A DNA stretch of 64,000 nucleotides, from assembly GCA_002189035.1 (NCBI GenBank), contig NEEC01000002.1:3038001-3102000 (forward strand), written 5' to 3'. The DNA is from Utricularia gibba (Eukaryota > Plantae > Magnoliophyta). Under the pieces are notes generated by a model. The model worked only from the letters and a program-made list of their open reading frames with translations, was not told the origin of the DNA and searched no databases. Below are positions 54,025-64,000 of the stretch, piece by piece. The position numbers were made by a program, and so were the translations under genes. Numbering within the stretch: the stretch's first letter is position 1; each line of letters starts with the position of its first letter.

Positions 54025-56348
54025 GAATCGGCCTTCCCTTGAAACCTGCCGGCTTGGAGAATGCTTGCGGCGATCGGCGACGGCTTCTGGATGTACCCGC
54101 GGCGGAGCTCCTCCATCAGCGTCGCTCTCATGGCAGGTGCACTTGAAATGACCGGGAATGTGAAGAGGAATGTCTGTGACTTGATGGGAGAGAATGTTCA
54201 GACAGGAAAAAGTTAGCGTGGAAGGCTTCTTATAAGACGCATGAGGCGACGAGTGGGTCTCTTTATTTTCCCCTCTTTTAATATATGTAAAATAAATATA
54301 ATATACACCTGTATGGGCCGATACTGTGGGCCCATTACTTCGGCCTTTCCGCAGTGAATCCAATAGTAAACGCCGCCATCAGGCCCTCGTCTTTAAGATC
54401 ATTATTTCTACCTCGTTTCTTTAAATTTGTCTTTTACACCTGATTTTAGAAATAAATATGGGACCCATTCATATAATTGTTCTGTTTTGATATTTTATAT
54501 ACATCCATGATAGCTAATATAAAATAATTTATTTAATTTAAAACTATAGAATAGTATATTAATGAAACATAAAAAAACATTGTTTTATTTTATAGTACAA
54601 ATCACAATGTAAACATAAATTTAAGGACATGTTTTGTAATTTATAGTTATGCTGCATATTATGTAAATAAAATTATTTTTGAAATTATATTATAGAATTC
54701 ATTTGATATTATAAAATTGTGTTTGTGGTATAACATAAATTATCTTATAAAATTTATTAAATGAAATATATATTATAAATGTTAATATATTAATTTATTA
54801 TACAAATTAATATTATCATATAAATATATTTTTAGAATAAATAAAAATAAGGTTGAGAAACAAGTGTTTAGTGAAATGAGTATAAAGAAAATGAAAAGGC
54901 AGCGTCACGCGGGAAGGACAATTTCACCATACTCAAGTCGATAGCTATTGAATAATATAATTTTTTTAATTAATTTCTTATTTAATCACCAAAATAAAAA
55001 TTTAATAAATTCAATCATTTCTAAAATTAATCACAAAATTTCAATTTTTAGAATGATTAATAATTTATTTTTAGATTGAAAATAAATAATAATTTTTATT
55101 TTTCCTAATTTATATATTTATAATTAAAATTGCTACGAAGATGTAAATATTAATTGATATTCCTTTTATAATTTTATGATGAATCCCACCCCATAAGATG
55201 GATGATATAGAAAAAGTCATAATTGAACACTTAACAAATACATTTTTGTAGAAGAGTTCCCTCACAAAGGGCTATTTCCCAAAATGTCCAACCAACAACC
55301 AAAAATGAGGAAACATTTGGTTCAATATAAAAGATATGGTCAAAGTAGATGATGAAAGAGGAAAACTTATGTCAAATTCTACATTTTTTATAGATATATA
55401 ATAATACAATAAAATAATAAATGGACTGTTGGAGAAACAAAAATATGAACAAATGTTTTCCAGCTTTTGTATCATTTTATGATTTTCTACACATTATCAT
55501 AATATCATTTTTTTTACAGATGTTTGAATACCTTAGATGTTTCTATTTTTCTTAAAATTAGCAAATTTATTTGCCTCTTTTTTATTTCCAAATTCATAAA
55601 TTATTTAATTTAATAGAAAATATTCTTAAAAACTCACAGAATCCATAACAATATAATTCAAAATTAATGAACATGATTCAATATATAACAAAAAGGGATT
55701 CAACATAAACCTATGACTAAATCAAAAAATGGATTGAATCTATTTTTAAAACCTTTTTTTAGAACACACAGAAAATTTTTAATTGAGAAGATTGATAAGG
55801 ATAAGAATGAATTACATCTTATCATGAGCACTCTTGAATAGATTTTTTTTTTATTTGGGCATCATAGGAAACATTGGAAGCTACCATACAAATAATGAAA
55901 TGTGGCTGCTTTTGGTGACATAGGCAACATAAATAAATCTTAGATTGAACATCTCTAGAAAGGAACATTCCATCACACACAACAAACTGTAAATCTGGGT
56001 TATACATTTTTTTGCAAATAAACCTATTTATTATAAATAAAACATTAAAATTATATTGTAAAATGGTTTATATAAACATTGATTATTATATTGAACATTT
56101 ACTATTTTTTATTTTTTAATATAAAACTATTTTGAAATATCAAAGTTTGATTATAAAATTTATATCTCAATAGTAAAATTTTATTACATCATTTGTTTTT
56201 GGTAAACATATTCAAATCGATAAACGTTCATATGCGAAAAACTATTCATGACTTACATAAAGTATTTACATAACTCATATAACAATGTTTATGAAAATTC
56301 TTATCTTACATGAGTTTGGTTAATCAAATGGATTTTATATTTTTAATC

Positions 56349-56353
<5 letters not shown>

Positions 56354-56396
<43 letters not shown>
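56354..56396. repeat. (TA)~21 microsatellite upstream of CLE
   Basis: Uninterrupted TA run. Confidence 0.95.
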
Positions 56397-56398
<2 letters not shown>

Positions 56399-56832
56399 AA
56401 TATAATAATATTTTGAATGAATATTCATAGAACTTATTTATCATTCATACTTTTAATTATACTGTTTTCCTATTTAAACAAATGATGAAATAACGTATTC
56501 TATCAAAATATTTTAAATGATTTGAATTGGCGTTGAATGTTTTCAACGGTTGGACTGAATGGGAAGGACAAGAGCAACAAATTATCAAGTTGCACTGCAC
56601 CTAAGACTCTTGGGGCGCCTCATATTTATGAGAGTTGAGACAACATAGCTCGCATCTGTTCCTCTGTGTTTATCAGCATGCATCTTCTTCTTGTTCCTCA
56701 ATGCAACTCCTCCCATTTTGCCGCCATTGACTGCACCGTAAGAACCTATTCAAAACCGCCATTCTGCTCTCCTTGTATGTCCCCTCTAATCCTTTTACTC
56801 TGATTCGGTCACCCGGGGAGCGTCTCCAAACA

Positions 56833-57102
56833 ATGGCTTCCAGAAGAGAACAATGCACACCCGTTTCCCAGTTCCTTGTGTTTTCAGTTGGGTTGATCCT
56901 ACTTCTCTCGGAAGCTCCCTCCTTGGCCGCCGAAGCAAACACAAGTTCCAGAGGTTTGAGTCGGAAAACTCAGTTTTTCCATTCTAATCCTTCAACCTTG
57001 CGAACGAACCAGCATCGCCGGGGAAAGCGGCCGTCACCGGAGAACCTGTACCGAGATGACAAGAGATTCGTGCATTCGGGCCCAAATCCGCTTCACAACT
57101 AA
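56833..57102 (+). CDS. CLE: CLE (CLAVATA3/ESR-related) peptide precursor, CLE16/17-like, 89 aa
   Basis: Intronless, hydrophobic signal peptide (FLVFSVGLILLLSEA), terminal LYRDDK-RFVHSGPNPLHN-stop. Confidence 0.92.
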   Translation: MASRREQCTPVSQFLVFSVGLILLLSEAPSLAAEANTSSRGLSRKTQFFHSNPSTLRTNQHRRGKRPSPENLYRDDKRFVHSGPNPLHN

Positions 57103-57824
57103 CCTTCGGATCCTATGCAATTCCGTGTGTGATCGGATGTACAACTTGTATGAGAAAGAGATGGAGTTAAGTTCTGAATCAAAATTAATGTTAGGGACGC
57201 AGAGCAGAAGGGGGAGCTGCTGCTGCTGCTGCTGCGTGTTTGAAGCGAGGAAAAAGGGAAGATAATGACTAGATGATGATGGTCGTCAATGCTTTCTGCT
57301 CCCCATTGCTGCAGCTTTTCTTTCTTTTTTTTTTTTCTGGTTGTGTGTGTCTTCTGTTCTGTTCAGCATTTACTGTCTTGTATTAATGGCTGTTGTTGTT
57401 CTACATTTACTTTTTTCTCAAACTTCCCGTCTCTACTCACGCTCTTCTTTACAACAATTCTATTCCATCACTTCCAATATATTATTAATGAATGGCCCAA
57501 GATGACGGCTCTCGAGCTTATGCCGAGCAGCTGAATGAGAGGGTTTGGTATTTTTAATAGACGTAACTCGTTTTCAGTTACGAGATTGTGTGGGAATTCA
57601 TTGACTGGATTTTTCGTTTTGCCAGAATATGACCAGAAGTTCATGCCCAAGAAAATTCGCAGCTGCAAAAGAAACAAACAAAGAAAGAGAATTGCAAATA
57701 CAGAAACCATGAACACCAATCAATCAATTCTGATGGGGAAAAAGTTATGCTGCTGATGTAAAAACAAATGGGGCAAACTCACTAACACCACTTGACAGAG
57801 AGCATGGCTTGGCATCACTGCAGT

Positions 57825-58452
57825 TCATTGAGAAGGTATCTTGAGGTTGAGGGATTTGTTCAACCAGGACTTCCAACTCCCTCCCTTTGGAGGCGACTCT
57901 AGCGACTTCTCCGTCTCAGCTTCCGGCATCTTGAAGAGCATGAAGTTCCTGACACCAGCAGAACCAATTGCCTCCCATGGATTTATAGCTGAAAAACACA
58001 GCAGAAGTTCGCACTGCTCAAATAACCATTGCCATGTCGTGTCTCCAACATTTAGCTAGACAAACTATGAAGAAACACTAAAACAGACGGTAGCCAGCCA
58101 TTACAATGCCGTATCCAGCATGCATAAAACCATATGAAGAAATACTAAAAATCTGAAGTTGATTCCAACGCATCCGCAAGGTAATGGAAGCATGTGTCAA
58201 AAACATTATGAATTCGGCACCTTCAGATCTAGACATTGGGCAGTAAAGAACGAAGTTCTTCAAATCAGATCCTAACACAGGGAGCCTTCCCTCACGCGCA
58301 TACTTCTTCAACGCTGTACGAATCACAGAGGCAACAAGTTCATCCTCATGGACTACAAACCGAATCGGTCCGGCACTTCCAACAACGTTAATGCTAATCA
58401 AGATTTGCCTGCCCTTAGAAGGAACACTCTTCTTCTGCTTATACCGCAACAT
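57825..58452 (-). CDS. At4g22758-like / DUF7054 protein (exons 58452-58221, 57988-57825)
   Basis: ILISINVVGSAGPIRFVVHEDELVASVIRTALKKYAREGRLPVLG spliced to AINPWEAIGSAGVRNFMLFK...GSWKSWLNKSLNLKIPSQ. Confidence 0.85.
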
Positions 58453-61400
58453 CTTCAAAATCTCTTTGCGTATCCAGTAAATCAAAATGAGGAAGAAGAA
58501 AGATATGAAGTTGGAGATGTCCCAGAAAACTCAAAGCAATAAAAATGTGTTGGCTGCCGAAAAACAAAACAAAAAAGGGACAACAGCTCTCCTCACAAAT
58601 TCAGGGATCAACGCCGAGGCAGCGATAGTACCAGCCCACCATGCAGGATCCAAAGCAGAAAGAAACCGCAGCCGATCTCGAAATCCCTCTCGCCGACGAA
58701 GAGGGATGACCATTAAATGTACGCCGGAGATTCCCACCATTCACAAAAGGGAAAATACGTAAAATTCACAGCGTATTCGATATCGAAAAGCAAAGAATAG
58801 AACCCCAAATCGTCGAAGCCAGGCAACGGCAGATGGAGAGGGCTAGCGGGTGGACCAAATAGCCATAGAGAGGCGCCTGGAATGAGAGATAATTGCGGAA
58901 GGCAGATGGAGAAAAGGAAGTTAGGGCTTCTTGTTTAGGAATTGCGCCCTTTGGGGAGTAAAACGACAACGTTTTGTCAAACGCTAATTTTCAAAAAAAA
59001 AAAAACAAATATGCAATTGGAATAATATGATTTCGGGTCGATTCAATTTACTACCGACTCTCCAATCACGTTCTAACCGCTAATTTTCACAAAAAAAAAA
59101 TTCTAAAACCTGGATTTACATGAATATTTTTTCAAAAAATCAAAACAATTATTTCAAAATTTGTGTTCAAATGACTTTTTTTTTTCAAAATGGATCCAAT
59201 TATAATCGTCGACTAGTTGTATTACTGAATAATCCAATTGGAAATGATAATAGAATGCATAAGTTGTTAGAAGCAGCTCTAAGATGCATATGGAAAAATA
59301 AATAATTTATTTTTAAAAATTATGTATAAATATACTATACATATTGCATAATTTTTTAATTTTATTTTTTCAAATAATTTGATCACATATTCTACACCAA
59401 ATATTCATGGTAGCAATTCAAATTCTTGAAGATCTTGCATTTGTCCATTGCTTGATAATAATGAAATTCCTAATCAAGAAATTGATTCTTCTACATCTTT
59501 TGGGTGCTTTATCTTCTAAAATTAAAAATATTAGCAACAATTTTGTTGATCTCTAAAAATTTATTTGCAAATATTGTTACAAAGAATATGTATATAAACA
59601 ACTGGAGGGATCAATATTTACAAAATAATAAAAATACAACGATAAATTATCTCCATGGAGACAACAGAAAAACCATTTATAATATTACACTTGAAGATTT
59701 AAAAATATTTATTATTAAATCTTTGCAACGTAATTGGGACCTCAATGAGATGCTGGCCCATGCACCCTCACAGGCCCAAAAACTTAAAAATAATTAATTA
59801 TATAAAATTAGATTGATTTTAGTACCATTTATCTGTGTTCTAGTTTGAATTTAAAAATAATAATATTTAAACATTGCAACAGTACTTATGCAACATTCAT
59901 TGCGCCTTAACTAAGTTCAATCGATTTTTTGCTTTTAGGCAAGAATATGCAGGTGAATTTCTTCTTGTAATAATAAATCTCCACAAAAGTAGTCGAAAAA
60001 AGAAAAACTTGAAAAAAAAAAAAGCATGTGCCACCAACCAACCTGGTGAGTCATTGCCGGCTCCAGGTCTAAGGGATAGGACTCAGGAGAGCACCAATGA
60101 TTGGGGGGGTGCAGCAGCGATACCACGTGCCAAAAATATTTTATTAAATAACGGCTGTACATATTATACATTTTTTATTTGTTTATATTGTAATAAATCG
60201 GATTGGTGCCTCAGGCGACAGGCGCGCGTGGCGGAACCCCACATCGCTTTGCGACTTGGGGTTGCTGACTTTGACGTATTTGAAACAGGGTGCTTCCGTC
60301 CCGTCGTCTTAATTTCAGATTTTTGGATATAAAAATGGAAATTTCAATCATGAGCATATTTTCTGAAAAATTTAAGGAATATTTGGCACATACATTAAAG
60401 AAATATATTTGATTAAGGGATGCCAGCCATGCATTGATGGGGAAAAGCACCATTTGTGGAGGAGCATCACTTAAAAATCCCATCCCACTCACAAATATAA
60501 TCACTGTAACAAATCATTTGTAAACCTACTCCTGTTTCTCTCTCTCTCTTTATTTCTTCTTCTTTTTTAATTTTAAATAATAATTTTTTAAATATAATAA
60601 TAATAATTTTTAAGTATTCCGCATATAGAAAACATATTGCTATTTCTTTGATTATCATAAAGAAATGAATTCTAAAAAAATTGAATTCAATAATTTTCTT
60701 CTTTGGTTAGAATTATTAACGGGTTTCAACAATTATCATTTCTATTTATGTAATACTAGTAAATAAATATTAACTATAATTTACTGCTATTTCAGTGGTA
60801 ATAAAATTGACTGAGATTGTGTTGGTAAAAAATTGTTTTATTTGAGTTTTTCTTAAAACTTAGTAAAAAATACTAAAGAATTATATGATTTAAAAATACA
60901 TTTTAATGAAATTATTTGATTTTTTGTAATGACATTAAATTATATTATAATTAACCCAAAATTCCCAATGCGTTTAAAATCCCCCTCTCAAATGCATTAA
61001 TTCATGACTTAGTGATTTTTAAATAAAAATAAAAAAGAAATACAAATACATGATTAAATATATATAAAATATAAAACTTTAAAAAAGAAGAATGGGTAGC
61101 TTTATAATTAAATTGTAACAATATAACAATGAATAGATGTACAAGTAAAATATGAAACTTCAAAAAAAGTAGTATGTGATGTATAACATTGGCTTGGTTG
61201 GAAAAATATATATTTAAAAATATGTATTGGCAAAATGCTTAAAGTAAAAAAAGTTTAGTATTGAAAATTATGGATCCCAACAAATCTAATTTTGGTATTG
61301 AAATGTTAATCTCACAACATAACTCAATAAGTTGCTACTCATCATCTTATGTAGGTTAGTATTTTCTTTTGATTCCTCTAAATTTTATATATTTTTTTGT

Positions 61401-61459
61401 GAATTTAGAATTTTTCTTTTCTTTGTAGTATTTTAAATTTTTAAATAATGACTATTTCA

Positions 61460-62150
61460 CCTACAATATCATATACCACAATGTATGAGATATAAAGGAT
61501 GAGGGGTTCTAGATTCCAACATCTCGAAAGGTAGCCGAGTGAATTTAGAAAACTCACGTACATCACAAGACTCATTATGGGTTAAACAATCAAATGACAA
61601 ATGTTTAGTTGTTGAGGAGGAAATGTGTCCTACTATATTATGACACAACAAATGAGATTCTGCAGCATTAATATGAATAGAATACAAAACCATGGAATTT
61701 AAAAACACACTTAAAGAATTTAATAACAACTGTGTTTACTCCACAGATAGTGTTTCTTGCAAAAATAAGTGTATATAACTTAAGGAGTTGAGGCAAAAAA
61801 AATCATTGTTCCAATCCCTAGGATAAATTTAGATATCTTATCTTGCAAAATTGAGTAGGTACCAATGAACAAAATATAAATAGAAGTTTCTAGTCTTGAA
61901 AAAAAATGTAAGTTATGCTAAAAACTACGAACATAAAGGATATCATTCAAAGTAAGGGTTTTTGAAAGTAGAATAGATCCTATGTGGATATCTAAACTAA
62001 TGTAACCATCCGAAATGGAAACGGGTATAGGTTCAAGCAAAATAGCAAGACTATCAAACATGATTTCATCAGCACAAAAATGAGTAATAGGTATGATATC
62101 TAGTATTCAATCCCTATTATTCAAAAAATTTAATGCAATATATAATTCGA
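61460..62150 (-). mobile_element. Degenerate Ty1/copia relic (protease to GAG-pre-integrase/integrase start)
   Basis: *ILDIIPITHFC (WILDSGATxHIC-like) and SCDVREFSKFTRLPF...PLYLIHCGI* (CxxC...KxxRLPF...LIHxDIW-like). Confidence 0.7.
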
Positions 62151-64000
62151 TATGTGTACCTACAAAATTCTTGAAGATATAATAAGTTTGTTCACTAGTG
62201 TCTGTCTTTATGCAAGTTCTCATTAGCTTCAACATCTCTTGTTGTATAATCTTCCAGGAGTTGTCCTTTTGAAAGTCAATTCCATTGATTGACTGTTCAC
62301 TAACATGTTAACCATGAAATTCAAAAGCATTAACCTTAGTCATGTTAATTGTTTGTATCTGCTGTTGACCCGTTATATGAATATCCATTCAATTTGTAAG
62401 AAGTTTCTCAAGTGTCATTCTTGTTTACAATAAGTGCAATATCTCTCCTTTGGGTTTTTTTATTTCAAGTGAAATAACCGAAAATGATGTTGGTTGACTA
62501 ATTATGACATGACTAACATGATGTTAATGTGTCAAATAGAACTCTCTTGTACCATATTTTTAACTCCTAGTTTTAGTCGTCACTTCACTATTATTGATGG
62601 AATAGAAAATCGGTACATACCATGTGGAGGTGAACGAGGGCAGCTTGTACCCTCCCACGAGGCTACAAAAAAGTATCACAAATCGAGAATTTGAGCGAGA
62701 CACAAAAAAGTAGCACAAATCAGCTAGAGGAACAGAACATCAAATCGGTTGCCATGGGACCACCCCGATTAAGGGTACAAATCGGATCTTGATGCCTGAT
62801 GGTTGGACGCATGCGTATAGAAGTCGGGACATGGCAGTATTAGGTGATATCCATTTTGCAGAATCTGAAAAGAAGCTTATTAGTAGGAAACCATAACAGG
62901 AGAGGGTTATTTGTCAATAGGACCAAATATGTGTAGACATACCTATTAGGTATAGAAAGTTGTTGACACTCACAATAGTTGATCGATCGAGCTTCTTTTA
63001 TATATATGAGAACATTGGAAGTACATAGCATGGGGTATTTGACACAATCCCCTCTTTTCATCACTTAGTAAAACCATTTCTATGATGGCCCCTTCTAGTT
63101 GCATGGTTTTTTCATTTCAATGGTTTCCACGTAAAAATTCCTTGGCTCCCTTTTCTACTTTACCCATTAACCGAAAACAAGATCAAAACTTGTATATCGC
63201 ATAATAACTCGAACCAATATTGAGAATTCATATCGATCCACTACATGGGTTTCAATCCACAATAGTTATCATCAGAGCATAGGCTTGATCCAAATATGGT
63301 TCCAGCTTCATGGAAATGATGTGATTAATAGTAGTAGCAACTTGTTCATTCAATCTATTCAGGAATTGCACAAATTTTGTTTGTTGTGATACTTGTCTCT
63401 TTGCACATTAAACATTGATTTATAGGCATTAGTCCATTCAAATCTATTCATAGATTTTTCATATGAGAGTAATACTCACATACTAATATTTGCCATTGTG
63501 AAATGTGGTACAATTCATGTTGAATGTGGAAAACTACTGCTAAAATCAGCTGCCCCAATTGTTTCTCTTTGATTTCCAAAAGCTCGTTTGTAGTTCCTAT
63601 CAAATAAAAATTGTTTACTGATTCCTATGATATAGAGTTCATATGTTAGCATTTGATCATCACATCTACTCTATTCCAAGCATTGTAGGTTAAATATGAA
63701 GTCAGTGACTGTGGAAGATGACCATTTACAAACACCAGTTTATTTTGAACTTGTAGGGCCATGGTCATGCTTTAACGCGAAGGTAAGAAGTTCTTGTTGG
63801 TCAAAGAAGAAGTCACCAAAGTGAGGCTCAAATTTTCAAACTCATGAACATACAATGGATCTGAAGCATCTAGCCCTTGATGTTGAAGGATCTTTAATAA
63901 TTTTTCCAGATCTAAGATATCACCACGAGTTTATGTCAAAATTTCCAAAGAATTAGTCATTGTGTTTGGTTCATGCTCATTGTACCATGAACAAGTGAAC

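Noticed and set aside
57180-57330. miRNA-like hairpin after CLE
   Set aside because: Only ~8 bp of pairing (ttctgctc/gagcagaa); no extended stem or known miRNA.
62690-63300. Possible copia LTR with a damaged PBS (atcagagc at 63271-63278)
   Set aside because: PBS incomplete, no second LTR or defined ends in the window.

Overview
Plant (angiosperm, probably eudicot) nuclear DNA with very AT-rich intergenic tracts, compact intron-containing genes and many transposon remnants; no prokaryotic or CRISPR features. Genes in order: TEX10/IPI1-like (-), DUF1639 (-), DUF266/BC10-type glycosyltransferase (+), plastid aldolase FBA3 (+), chloroplast TatC with three 1-bp homopolymer frameshifts (+), GlcAT14-like GT14 (+), PUB10/11-like U-box/ARM ligase (+), tRNA-Ser(AGA) (-), WOX1/6-like homeobox (-), CLE16/17-like peptide (+) and At4g22758/DUF7054-like (-). 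The 17-35 kb block holds hAT, Ty1/copia and PIF/Harbinger relics plus a nearly intact Tekay-type chromovirus with unequal LTRs (226 vs 1179 bp). The most notable observations are a head-to-head WOX-CLE pair, a templated-filler deletion in the 3' LTR, the TatC frameshifts, a WOX uORF ending exactly at a splice donor, and an 11-aa repeat stem in the DUF266 enzyme. All family assignments come from manual translation and recalled motifs, not database searches, and exon boundaries were read by eye.
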